Source of the DNA: the human T2T-CHM13v2.0 reference genome, Homo sapiens
Reading direction: 5' to 3' (one strand)
Assembly (NCBI RefSeq): GCF_009914755.1
Contig: NC_060928.1
DNA length: 64,000 bases
The notes beneath the pieces were generated by a model, which saw nothing but the letters and a program-made list of their open reading frames with translations, searched no databases and was not told where the DNA came from. The position numbers and the translations under genes were made by a program. Below, one piece after another: positions 16,441-30,019 of this stretch (its first letter is position 1; each line of letters begins with the position of its first letter).

Positions 16441-17060
16441 AGAACAACCATAAAATTGATCTTGAAGGTTGAAGGCAGTCAATTCACTGCAGCCTTGCAG
16501 CTGAATGGCAAGTTCTTTCATGCAAGAAGATCTGAGAGGTGCACCTCCATGGCTGCCACATGGGATCCTCCCGAATGCACAGGTAGCGGGTAGAGCACCC
16601 ACAGCCACAGAGCAGACTAGGAAGAGAGGGGCCCCACTGACCTCATCAGCCCTGAGTACAGACTGTCAGGTGGGGATGCAGCCTCCCTGAAGGGAGGGAG
16701 TCGGGGAGTAAGCACCTGCGCCTCACCCTCCTCCCTCCATCCTGCCAGTGCTCCCCATTCTTCATCCGGAACAGCTTGTTGGTATAATGCATGCCCATCA
16801 GCCTCCCAGGGTGTTCAGCAGGGTGGAGGGGCTCAGCAAACACAGGCGGCACACCAGGGCAGCCTTGGAGAAGGAGCAAAGTCTCCCAGGGAGAGAGAAT
16901 CCAGTGGTGGGGAAGGCCTGAGACAGGCAGAGATGTTTCTTTGTCTTGTCAAGCTTCTCCCCAGCTGTCTGCACCCCAGAGTCACTGCCCAGCTAACAAA
17001 GGATCTCTCTCCACCCGTCAGTAGCTCCACTGCCAAATCAGGGGCCTTAGGAATGAGTGC

Positions 17061-17074
17061 AGAGACAGACAGAC

Positions 17075-17112
<38 letters not shown>
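17061..17112. repeat. (GA)n/(GACA)n microsatellite
   Basis: agagacagacagacagagagacagagagagag... Confidence 0.9.
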
Positions 17113-17118
<6 letters not shown>

Positions 17119-18390
17119 AGAGGAGGGGAGAGGAGGGAAGGGGGAAAGGTAGGAGACACTTCAGAAACGGAGTGCCCACTCGCATACACCACACACATGC
17201 ACACACACCACATTCTACTTTCCTGGGCCTTATACATGAGGGTGAGAGGTGACACAGGGACCAGAGTCTGAATCCAGCAGCATTCCTGAGGCTCCTTATG
17301 CACCTGCCTATGCAGCCCAAACTTCCCAGAACTGCCCCTCTTTCAGGGTCTTGATTATTGATTTGCAGAGTGGCCTGTGGCTATCCTTGCATGTGACCCT
17401 TAGGTCTCACCACTTCTGACAGAGGACTCCTCTCTGATGGCAGCTCACTTTCTCCAGCTGCCTGTAGGCATTTATCTTGTGATGCTGTTTCACAGCCATT
17501 CACAGCCACAGGAAACATTAGTTCTGCTTCCGAGGAATGGACAATGCTGGGCAAATTACTTTTTGCAGCGAGCAGTTAAGATAATTTTTTAGTGATACGA
17601 ACAGGACTCAGCCGATGGTGTTCAAAACAGTCCTGCTGGAGCTGAACTGGGAGCCTGCAGATGGCTTCTCTCCTAACTCAGTTTGACTGAGTGAGACATT
17701 TGATTTGAGCTTCTATTAAAGAGGTAGAATGTATTAAATTGTTTTGATGATGGTTGGCCTTTTTTCAGTGAAAGAATGTAACTTTTTTTGTCTATAAAAG
17801 AGTACACATGGACCATTTCCCTCTTCTACCCCCTATTCAGTAAGGCCCAGGCCAATTTCTTAAGTGAAGGCTCAGGACTTACTAAGTCACTTATTTTTCT
17901 ACAACGTTTGCAAAAGTAATTGCTGAAAAATGTCCAAATGACGTGAGTGTATTTGGACAATGAGAAGGGAGATGGGTTTCCTTCCTAAGGGTCAGAAACT
18001 ATACCCATCTCCCTGCTAGGTTCGGTCCCCTGACTTCACCACAGTGGGAGCTAAGTGAATTCTTGTTGATTGTTAAAAGGAAAGGCAAATAATTTTCCAG
18101 TGTTGTTTTCTGTTGGGACACTGACGTGATGCTGATCTGTAAGGCAGCTCTCTCTGTGGAATCACCACCTCGCATCCAGGGAGAATTAATTCAGGGCACA
18201 ATGGAGACAGAGACCCAGCCGAGATGACAATTACAGGGTGGCGGAGTGGGTGGGGCGGAGGGGAAAGAGCAGGAGGCAGCGTTTGCTTTTGCCTTCTGAT
18301 AGTCTCGCCTGGAACTTGGACACTTCTATATTATCCTTCTAGTCTGTAAAACAGTAGAAGGGAGTCTAAAGGAAGACATTTCCACTTACC

Positions 18391-18770
18391 TGTCTAAATC
18401 GGTTTGCTAAGGACTGCTGTAATAGAGATCACCAACTGAGTGGCTGAAACAACACAGATGTATTTCCTCCCAGTTCTGAGGATGAGAGATCATGCTGTCG
18501 GCAAGACTGGTTTCTTCTGAGGCCTTTCCCTTGGCTTGTAAATGGCTGCCTTATCCCAGGGACTTCATGCATTCTTCCCTGTGTGTGTATCTGTACCCTA
18601 ATCTCCTTTTCTTGTGAGGTCACCTGTCAGATTGGATTAGTGCCCATCCTAATGAACTCTTTTTAACTTAATTACCTCTTTAAAGACCTTATCTCTAGTC
18701 ACATTCTGAGGTACTAGAGGGTTAGGACTTCAGCATAAGAATTTGAGGGGACAAAATCCAGCCCATAACA
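18391..18770 (-). mobile_element. MaLR LTR (MLT1B-like)
   Basis: Reverse MLT1 motifs: gattggattagtgcccatcctaatga...cacattctgaggtact...cagcccataaca. Confidence 0.85.
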
Positions 18771-19080
18771 TTGCCATTGCCTGTTTCACTCCTTAGCCGA
18801 GTCTTTTGCTTGTGGCCTAGTGGTTGACCTAGTGGCAGGGAGGCGCAGCCTTCTAACTCTGACCGTCTGGAAATGGCTCTGTGATTGCACAGTCCTGGCA
18901 GTCAGCTGTATCTTGCATCCTATGGCACATGTTCTTCATAAAAGTTACATGAAGACTTTAAAGTTAAGGCATGTTTTCAAGGCCTGCTTATGAAAGGAAA
19001 CCCGTAATAAATACTTTGTAAAATTCAGAATTGTCTTCTAATTTATTTACTTTTGTAAGTTCAGATTTCTGGGTCAACAA

Positions 19081-19400
<320 letters not shown>

Positions 19401-19568
19401 GGGTCAACAATTTTCCAAGAGAAGGGCCTATCCATATTCATAAACGCCAACAGTTCAGCAAAAATTTTGGAGGTCTTGCTACATGGTAAGCTCTTGCTGC
19501 TGGGCGCTTAGGATACAACTGTGCACAGGACAAATGAGGGCCTTGCCTGCCTGCAGTTTCATATTTAA

Positions 19569-19772
<204 letters not shown>

Positions 19773-20030
19773 TAGTACAGTGCATCTACCCATTCATTCA
19801 CTCATTCATTCATTCAGTAAATTTTTAGTGAGCACATCCCACCTCTCAGGCCTTGTCATGTGGGCAGGGAAAACACTGGTGAAGAAGACAGTCATGGTCT
19901 GCATGGCTCTTACATATGAGTTGTGAATTATTAGCATATTGTTTTGTAGATGCAGCTGTAATAGATTTATAAAATTGAGCCAAATATTGTCACAACTAGG
20001 TGTAGTTTGGGAAAATACTTCTTGATGAAT

Positions 20031-20139
20031 CTCCCTCCTTTCTTCCTTCCTTCCTTCCCTCCCCCCTCCCTCCCTCCCTTCCTTCCTTCCCTCCCTCCCT
20101 CCTTCCGTCCCTCCCTTCCTCCCTCCCTTCCTTCCTTCC
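20031..20139. repeat. (TTCC)n/(TCCC)n polypyrimidine repeat
   Basis: ttccttccttccctcccccctccc... array. Confidence 0.9.
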
Positions 20140-20999
20140 TGTTGAACAAAATTTCAGAGATTTGAAGTGTTTTTGCAGATTGGCTTGTGGAAGTTCTACA
20201 GTACCACCAGTGGTCTTTCAAGCCTGATATGCTTTCATTTGATTTCCTTTTTGATGCAAAAGAAATTTTTAAAATGTACTAAAATCAGTGGCATAGAAAT
20301 TGCAGTAAGGGATGTTCTCAATTAGAAGTAACCCATAAGTGCTGTATATCCATGAGCCAGGAACATTCGTCTATTTAGCCAAGTGGAAAGACAAGTGAGA
20401 CGGGGGTTAGCAAAAAATAGATAAATATGCATACTTTCAAAAGAGTAATTATATTTTTACACCTCTTCAAGCTGTCCTATTTTCTCTGTCTCTTTTTTAT
20501 GTGGCAATGCTAAATTTAAAGCAAATGGAAAAACAACCAGACTGAATGTTACAACAAAGGATATTGTATCAAACAAACTAACCAAGACAAGTTTGTTGAG
20601 AAGGTTTTAATTAGTTGAGCTTCGTGCACGCTCAGCCAAGTTCTAGTATGCTGCATAGAACTTTGGCAGACAAATCACTATGGCATGTGATGGTGACTGA
20701 CCTTACTTTGAAGCAAATTATTACTTCCAAGAATTATAATGCTGCAACTTCTTGGACATAGCAATGCTCATTTTAAGGACATCTTTTAGATAGAAATTTA
20801 AGAAACAAAACAATACAAAGCAAAACAAAAACAAAAAGTGATACTGTTTAGAACTATCTAGCCATCCAAATGGCATGCCATGAATATCTACCAGCTTCAT
20901 GATTCTATGTCAATCTACAGCTGTTTACATAAAAGGCTTTGACATGGGGCAGGTTAGCTGAGCATCCCTCGGCACAATGACCTTGAGCCTCTTCCCTGC

Positions 21000-21306
21000 T
21001 TTTCTTTTTCTTTTTTTTTTTTTTTTGAGATGGAGTCTCACTCTGTTGCCCAGGCTGGAGTGCAGTGGCGCCATCTTGGCTCACTGCAACTTCTGCCTCC
21101 CAGTTCAAGTGATTCTCCATTCTCAGCCTCTCCGGTGGCTGGGATTACAGGCCCGCACCACCACACCCAGCTAATTTTTGTGTTTTTAGTAGATCCAGGG
21201 TTTCACCATGTTGGCCAGGCTGATCTCCAACTCCTGGCCTCAAGTGATCCACCCGCCTTGGCCTCCCAAAGTGCTGGGATTATAGGCATGGCCACTGTGC
21301 CTGGCC
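21000..21306 (-). mobile_element. AluS
   Basis: Reverse dimeric Alu. Confidence 0.9.
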
Positions 21307-21733
21307 AGTTTTTTTTCTTTTATGGGATATAACGCTGGTATAGCTTCTGGCCATATCTTTTGCTTGGGTAAAGCAGAAGCTTGCATTTTCTAAGCTTGTT
21401 TGCTACTGATTCCCATAGTTTTTAATAGAAGAAGAGAACAAAGCAGTCACTGGTTCTAGTTCTTACATACATAGATGATGGAACAGAGGTTTCAATATTT
21501 TTCCTTTGGCTGTTTGTCTCCTAACAAGGTAACAATCCGAATATTCCTCTGTGGTGTAGAGGTAGGCCAAAGAATCAGGTAATGTATAAACAAAACTACG
21601 TCAAAAAGGCCTGTCCATTTCAGTGTCTTAAGACTGACCCAAGCCTCTGGCTTCAAATGGATTGAAAAGGTGGTGAAAAGGGCCATTGCTTAAAGATTTT
21701 CTACATAGAGGCAAAATCAAGATATTCACTGTT

Positions 21734-22024
<291 letters not shown>

Positions 22025-22434
22025 GATATTCACTGTTAATTATTTGAAACCATCCAGGCCAAAATACCCACTTTGAGATCCTTTGTCCACTGGTTGGCCA
22101 TGGTGCAGCTGTGTGCACATTCTAACACACTGACTCAAAGAGTTTGGATCCCATGTGTTGCAAATAGTTCAGTCTAGCAGGAGCTGTGGACAACAGTGCA
22201 GACAGATGTGCTCATTGGTTGGCACATCCGAAATAAGCACTTTATGATGCTAGAAATGAAAGTGCCCTTTAGTTCCGAGGAGGAAATAGAAGGCACTCAG
22301 TCAGCTCTGATCAAGCCATTCTTGGATTCATGGGCAGCAATTGCAGGGCCAGGAAGGAGCTGAAGTGAATCTTCCTTATCCCTCTGCCTCGGGTGTCAGA
22401 ACCTGTTTACTGGAACTGGAAGATATTGCCTACA

Positions 22435-22650
22435 TTGCCTGAGACAGGCCTTCCCTCCTCTTGCTTCTGATGTTGCAGAGTAGAAGTCAGGAACTTTTCA
22501 GAGAAGGAAACTGAATCCAGAAAGGCTGATGTTTCTCAAGGCCACAGAGCTGGCCGGTAGCAGAGCTGGGGACTTGAGGTGAACTTGAGTTGGCTCCACT
22601 GTCCCAGGCTGGCTCCATGAGTCTGCCATGACGCCTGTGGGACACATGCT
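22435..22650 (+). repeat. Chimeric local duplication: copy of 23724-23785 fused to copy of 25364-25520
   Basis: Direct alignment by eye; second part 152/157 identical. Confidence 0.92.
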
Positions 22651-22967
22651 GTCTTTGAGACATTGGAGATCCCAGTTAGCTTAGTTCATCTCCACCAATG
22701 CTCACATCATGTACTTTATAGGGAGCTCCCCCGACCCCACGCAGCAGCTTGGCCACACAGCTCAGAATAAGAACGCACCCTTACACACAGCTCCTGTGTT
22801 TTGCGATACATGTGCTGTGAGCACAGGCTTATGTGAAATCTGGTCATAAAACTACAAACACACCCTTGCTGTGGTGGGCCCAGTCATTTTGTCCACCCAC
22901 AGCACAGGGGTTGCCAGCTCTGTCTCACAGTTGGTACCTCTAGAAGAAAGCAACTTCTGAGACTTCT

Positions 22968-23330
22968 GGCCGGGCATGGTGGTTCACACCTGTAATCCCA
23001 ACATTTTGGGAGGCCAAGGCGGGCGGATCACCTGAGGTCAGGAGTTTTGAGACCAGCCTGGCCAACGTGGTGAAGCCCCATCTCTACCCCCAACAACAAC
23101 AACAGAAATCCGGGCATCGTGGCATGCACCTGTAGTCCCAGCTACTGGGGAGGCTGAGGTGGGAGGATTGCTTGAACCCAGGAGGTGGAGGTTGCAGTGA
23201 GGGGAGGTTGCAATGAGCTGAGATTGCGCCACTGCACTCCAGCCTGGGTGACAGAGTGAGACCTTGTAAGAAAGAAAAAGAGAGAGAGAGAGGAAAGAAA
23301 GAAAGAAAGAAAGAAAGAGAAAGCAAGCAA
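22968..23330 (+). mobile_element. Alu with (GAAA)n/(GA)n tail
   Basis: Dimeric Alu; TSD aagcaacttctgaga. Confidence 0.9.
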
Positions 23331-23937
23331 GCAAGCAACTTCTGAGATTCAATGGTAACATTGAGAGTTGCCTCATAGAGGATTGAGAACAAGTGGGGAG
23401 GAGGGCAGCTATTAGTAGATCCCTAGTTGTGAGGGATTCAGATGGCTGGTTGAAGGTAATGCCATCTTTTTTCCATAGTAAACCTAGGCCAGCAGCTGTA
23501 AGGAAGGGTACTCTTTTGCAGGGCAAAGCCTTCACAGCCCCAGCTAGCCCAGGCTGCTGTTAGCTGATATTTTCCTTTTGGATCCTGTGAAGCAGTTACA
23601 GGCAGGATGTGGCTGACTGTTCTTCCAGATGGGGAGTCGTGGCACCACGGGGTCGGGGGGTGAATGGAGAGGGAAAGAAGGCTGTGTCGGAGCCCACAGA
23701 AGCTGCTGGGACAGCCGGGCTTGTTGCCCTGAGACAGGCCTTCCCTCCTCCTGCTTCTGATGTTGCAAATGTAGAAGTCAGGAACATCCTTGGGGTGGGA
23801 TGGGGGCTTCGGACTCTACAGTCCACAGGGAAGTAGCAGAGGGAACAAGGAAAGGAGTTTCCAGTTCATTTATAGCACATCCTTGACATAGAGGAAGGGG
23901 AAGGAGTTTGATTAACACCCTAAGCTAAAAATGGGAA

Positions 23938-24225
23938 TTTTTTTTTTGAGACAGAGTCTCACTCTGTTGCCCAGGCTGGAGTGCAGTGGTGCAATCCGGC
24001 TCACTGCAAGCTCCGCCTTCTGGGTTCAAGCAATTCTCCTGCCTCAGCCTCCAGAGTAGCTGGGACTACAGGCATCTGCCACCATGCCCGGCTAGTTTTT
24101 TGTATTTTTAGTAGAGATGGGGTTTCACTGTTACCCAGGATGGTCTCGATCTCCTGACCTCGTGATCTGCCCGCCTCAGCCTCCCAAAGTGCTGGGATTA
24201 CAGATGTGAGCCACCGCACCTGGCC
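23938..24225 (-). mobile_element. AluSc/Y-type
   Basis: ggatggtctcgatctcctgacctcgtgatc; TSD aaaaatgggaa. Confidence 0.9.
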
Positions 24226-26731
24226 AAAAATGGGAAAATTTTTTAAGAAAGGATTATAAAGGTTAGGAGATTTCTTTCAGCCACTGAGAACACAACTGGT
24301 TTTCAGTCCCCTTTGTAATTGGGGACAGGAGTGAAATGGACAAATGAACCTCACAGATAATCCCCAATGCTTACTCTCATCCATGAGTTTCAACCTCTCC
24401 CCTCCACAAATCTATTCCAGGTCCTGATGAGCTGACTGAAGCACAGGGACATTGCAGGCCAGACCTGTCCTTTGACACAGGTGCGAGGCACAGTAAGGAG
24501 GCCAGGGGTGCAGAGGGCCACGCGGAGGCCTGGAACTGATGGAGGCACACGGTTGCAAAGACTCCCCAGAACGGCAGAGCTGGACAGGTTAACCCAATCC
24601 AGTTGGTCCTTTATGGAAAGTGAAACCAAAGTTCCCAGAGGTTAGAGCCATCTGGTTAGTTAGCAAAACCAGGCCCAGAAGCTGGCTCACTTCTGGTCTA
24701 TGGCTCTCTGCACCATATCCCAGTCTCTGGCTTGTGTGTGGGGCATGCTACTCACCCTCAACTGATGTCTCCCAGGGCTCTGCAATGCCCCAGGCACTGG
24801 GATGAGGCTTCCGGATTCATCTAATACACATAAATGTTGCTCTTCCTGTCGTGTAGACAAGGACACTGAGGCTCAGAGAGGCTCCGCAGGCTAGTAAATG
24901 ACAATTTCATATGTCATATTTCAGCCTTAACCTGAGTCCCAGGTAACACAGCCAGTCAGATCAAGAGTTAGAGTTCAAATCCAGGTCTCAGGACTCCAAG
25001 TCCAGTGCTATTTCTACTACCCCATTAAGCTGTAGAGCTTTCTGTAATAATTTCTCTCATTAAATTGTTTTTCATGATGGGTTATATTTAATTGCTTTAT
25101 TGCATTTTAGGAATGCACAAAATATATGCAGATTTTTTAAAACCAAGAACATTCTATCCTTCCAGCCTCAGTCTGTGTTCTCCCATTCAGATTCACTTAC
25201 TCCCTCCCACTCCCAATTTTTGACCTTCTATGTCCAGAAAGGATGAGTGCTAACTTGAGAGGTGTTTCGAATTTGAAGTCAGGCATATGAGAACACGCCC
25301 GACTCATCTCTGTTGCTGTGGTCGAATGTTAGGGCTGAAGGGGACCTTAGAGAAGAGTCCTCTCTTTTCAGAGAAGGAAACTGAATCCAGAAAGGCTGAC
25401 GTTTCTCAAGGCCACAGAGCTGGCCAGTAGCAGAGTTGGGGACTCGAGGTGAACTTGAGTTGGCTCCACTGTCCCAGGCTGGCTCCATGACTCTGCCATG
25501 ACGCCTGTGGGACACATGCTATTGGAATTGCTTTCCCTGGGCTCCCTTCACCTAGATGCAGGGGTGGGTGCTTCTGAAATAAGCCTTGTGAGGATGAGGA
25601 GATTAAAGACTGGACATGGGGGGACCATTTTTTTTATCTTAAACTGAAACTTTCAAACAATGTATCAGTCTAAGGCCACCTTGGATAGGTTTGGGAAATA
25701 ACTCCCAGAGCTACTTTCTGTTAAGATGCTGCTGAGACCTGAAAGGAATGTTAACAGGGAAGACACTAGTGCAATCTAACCTTTGTCCACCTCTTCCTCC
25801 AAATCATTCCAATCCGAGGTCATTCATGGCTCTGCTGCAGAAAAAAAGATGGCACTCAGGTTCAGAGGAAGGAGATTCTAGATTTATTTGGTCTAGCTGG
25901 GAAATACCCTCCTTTTGTAAAAAGATTCCAAATAGCTGTTCCAAATGTCATCTTTTTGACTAATGGACAAGTAAGTAAGTTTAGTACTTTTAGGAGTCAA
26001 AGGTTCACATATACATTCCCAATTAAGGGCCATTTCACATCATGCTGATACAAACTTATCTTGGAATGTGACTACCCTCCACCTGCGCTCTATACAAGGT
26101 CTTAGCAATGTGTGACTGGGATATGAAGCAGCTGAAAAATGCTACGGTCACATCCAAAGGGTCCTTACATGATGTGATCTAGCCTGGTACCCAACAATGG
26201 CTAGAATCCCACTCAACTGCAGACACGTTAAGAAGCTTCTACCTGACAGTACAGCCACAGCTGCTTTGGGGCAAAAGATGGGTGGAGACTTTGGTGGTGC
26301 AGAGGTGAGGTTGAGAGAGGCAGGACTAGAGTGAAAACAGGAGTCCATCTCCCCCACCTCTGGTAACTATTGGTGGGGCCTGGAGAGGGGAAGGTGTCCT
26401 TCATGCTCCTTTGGGTGACATATAGGAGTAGATTCCCAATTATCATCTATAAGCACTCCCAGTGGCTGCTGGTGAGTGAGAATCAGGGAACAATACCACT
26501 GGGAGTTCTACATTCCAAATAAAACTTGCTGGCTTCCTCTGGCTGTTGCCTAAGGCCGATAGGATAGGACAGGCCTGGTCTCAGGGGCTGGTCTCAGGGG
26601 CTGTTGTTAGCCCAGAGCCCAAATCCCAATGTGAGTCATACAATCATCATGAGGCACCAAGCACTCTGGAAAGAACATTCTCTAAACAGCACTGAAGTAT
26701 CTGGACAAGAACACCAATGAATTCATAATCA

Positions 26732-26737
26732 TTTATT
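26732..26737 (-). terminator. SCD5: SCD5 polyadenylation signal AATAAA
   Basis: tttatt on plus strand; followed on minus strand by GU-rich tggtgttcttgt element ~15-25 nt downstream. Confidence 0.8.
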
Positions 26738-27849
26738 GTAAATCACTCACAGTTTACACATTACCAGTGGCAAAATAACACTGTTAAACACCTACTGGAT
26801 GAAGAACTTCATTGTGACTATTTCCAATTGCCATCATATCTTTTTCTAAAATTTAAAATTTAACTTTTAAATCCTACATCTTTTCTGAAAATATCTATCT
26901 TCAAAGTGCTCCAATACTAACACTATAAGCCCTTTCTTTTGCTCTAACATCTAACACAAAGGGCACACTGTCCCATTAATTCCACATGCACTTTACAAAG
27001 CAACTTCACACACAAATTTTTTTAATCCAGAAGCTACATAATGATCACTTTATATTTTGCTACAAAATTAATGAAGGCTGCATGCAGGTGAAACATTAGT
27101 AGACACGGAATTCTAGATAACTGTTGGTTCTCAAGATCTGATGGTCTGATGTGGAAAATTAATATGCTTATTTAGCAGAAGTAGCTAAAGTACATGCATC
27201 AGTGGCTGGGATCAATTAGAATATAAATTAGGTGCTTAAACATTTAAACGAGAGCTTAATTTGAGCTTAATTTGATGTCTGGCATGTCAGAGTTATACAC
27301 CTTTAAGATAACAATAGCAAACAGAACAAAATCAAACATCTAAACAGGCATGATTTATAAGGTGGGCTGGCCATAGGGCTCAGGACACAAAACGAGCTGG
27401 GCAGTGAACAAATCTCTCTTGAAACAAAGACAGTAGAGCATTAACAAGCTGTAAACACAGCAAAAAAATAAACAAGAGCCATTTCCTGTATTCTCATTTT
27501 TTTCAGTTTTTGATTCTCTTAAGCAAACAATAAAACCACACACACACAATAATTAACAAAACAGAAACATTCTTTAGTTACCACATAGATCCCCCTTCTG
27601 TCTTCTACCCTGCCTCTCTGCTCCTTCAGATGGTTGTTTAAAAGCAATGATGGGTTAATTGGTAGAAAAGAAAACAAATGCTCTCCTGAACTACACTGAA
27701 AGAATATTACTTTCCTTCATCCTGTCAGGGTTAGCATCATGTTCAAGCACATGACAACGTATATTTGACGTATTTTAGCTATAGCGATTAAATCACATGT
27801 CCACACTCTAATGTTAAATCGTAGTAATATTGACTTGAAAAGTTTTTTA

Positions 27850-27995
27850 GGCTGGGCGCGCTGGCTCCCAGCTACTCGGGAGGCTGAGGCAGGAGAATGG
27901 CTGAACCCGGGAGGCGGAGCTTGCAGTGAGCTGAAATCTCGCCACTGCACTCCAGCCTGGGGGACAGAGCGAGCCTCCGTCTCAAAAAAAAAAAA
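27850..27995 (+). mobile_element. Internally deleted AluY-like element in SCD5 3' UTR
   Basis: ggctgggcgcgctggctc joined directly to ccagctactcgggaggc...ggcggagcttgcagtgagc. Confidence 0.85.
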
Positions 27996-28004
27996 GTTTT
28001 TTTC

Positions 28005-28326
<322 letters not shown>

Positions 28327-28505
28327 TCATTGATAATTGTATTTCAACATTATTTTGAGATAAACAAAAACATTCCCAAACCACATTGATTCGTTCCTTC
28401 CCCACCCTCTGCCCCCTCCCACGATCCAATGTACAAGAGAGCTATTGTAACCAAAGCCATGAACCGAGGTTGCAACGGCAGACATGTGGGATGGCTGTTC
28501 CAAGT

Positions 28506-28696
28506 TCAAGCACTGCTGTCTCCAGTCCTGGCCTTCCGGGCCTCGATCATCGGCTTGGTTGCCCGTTTGCGGTCAGTGGCCAGCCCCAGCCAGCACATGA
28601 AATCAATGAACCAGGTGGTTGGGTTAAAATTTAAGCCAAATTCACTCGCAGAGTAGTCAAAGGGAAAGGTGTGATGGTAATTATGGAAGCCTTCAC
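28506..28696 (-). CDS. SCD5: SCD5 exon 5, coding part (C-terminus of the 330-aa isoform A, third histidine box HNYHH)
   Basis: Translation GEGFHNYHHTFPFDYSASEFGLNFNPTTWFIDFMCWLGLATDRKRATKPMIEARKARTGDSSA*; acceptor ttccag|GT with AG at 28698-28697; TGA at 28508-28506; phase joins exon 4 (ATT G|GT GAA). Confidence 0.97.
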
Positions 28697-29204
28697 CTGG
28701 AAGACAAAGCGGGCATTGATATAATTCAATCACCACCTCTCTGCATAGATGTTTTGAATCACCTATTTTTTCAGGGTTTACCATGTGCAAGACATGGTGT
28801 CAGCCTCTGTGAGGAGCAAAAGACTTGGTTACTGCCTCCAAAGGCATTGACTTAGTTAGCTAGACAAACAATATGAACAGAAAAAATAGCAATAAATCGT
28901 CACAAGATTAACTTTCCTATGTGAACTGCAGACATGATACCATGACCTCAGAGCTATCCTTCTTAAGGTAAATGCTAAATGGCTGATAACAGATCATCGT
29001 TTTGATGTACAACTGTTTTTAAAAAATAGTCTCTGTGGGCTGGAGTGATTAAAAAATCCTTTTTTGGAAGAGCTCAAGAGAGACAAATGAGAATCATTCA
29101 AATAGGTAAGTAAATTAAATATCTTTAAATATCTAGAATGTACTTATATATTATTCTACCCCTTCCAGTGGCCAGTGGGCAGCTTTTACTCTCTCACTTT
29201 TTTT

Positions 29205-29951
29205 CATGTAGCTTTTCTTTATTATTTATTATACCTTAAGTTCTAGGGTACATGTGCACAATGTGCAGGTTTGTTACATATGTATACATGTGCCATGTTG
29301 GTTTGCTGCACCCATTAACTGGTCATTTACATTAGGTATTTCTCCTAATGCTATCCCTCCCCCTTCCCCCACCCCACGACAGGCCCCAGTGTGTGATGTT
29401 CCCCACCCTGTGTCCAAGCGTTCTCACTGTTCAATTCCCACCTATGAGTGAGAACATGCGGTGTTTGGTTTTCTGTCCTTGTGATAGTTTGCTCAGAATG
29501 ATGGTTTCTAGCTTCATCCATGTTGCCACAAACGACATGAACTCATCCTTTTTTACGGCTGCATAGTATTCCATGGTGTATATGTGCCACATTTTTTTTA
29601 ATCCAGTCTATCATTGATGGACATTTGGGTTGGTTCCAAGTCTTTGCTATTGTTAATAGTGCCACAATAAACATACGTGTGCATGTGTCTTTATAGTAGC
29701 ATGATTTACAATCCTTTGGGTATATACCCAGTAATGGGATGGCTGGGTCAAATGGTATTTCTAGTTCTAGATCCTTGAGGAATTGCCACACTGTCTTCCA
29801 CAATGGTTGAACTAGTTTATAGTCCCACCAACAGTGTAAAAGTGTTCCTATTTCTCCACATCCTCTCCAGCACCTGTTGTTTCCTGACTTTTTAATGATC
29901 ACCATTCTAACTGGTGTGATATGGTATCTCATTGTGGTTTTGATTTGCATG
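29205..29951 (-). mobile_element. L1PA 3' fragment (ORF2 C-terminus plus 3' UTR)
   Basis: ORF2 remnant [21 protein letters not shown]; TSD actctctcacttttttt at 29188 and 29952. Confidence 0.92.
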
Positions 29952-30019
29952 ACTCTCTCACTTTTTTTAAAAGATGTACTCATGAGAGCTCTCATGGCTT
30001 CTCTGATTTGATTTTTTTA

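Noticed and set aside
22435-22650. Chimeric segment as a processed retrocopy of a spliced RNA
   Set aside because: Donor boundaries lack GT/AG on either strand; no poly-A or clear TSD.
26576-27275. Short tandem duplications ctggtctcagggg x2 (~26576) and gagcttaattt x2 (~27252)
   Set aside because: Ordinary slippage-type microduplications with no further structure.
28697-28790. N-terminal part of the 94-aa ORF upstream of SCD5 exon 5
   Set aside because: Intronic open frame before the AG acceptor; desaturase similarity begins only at GEGFHNYHH.
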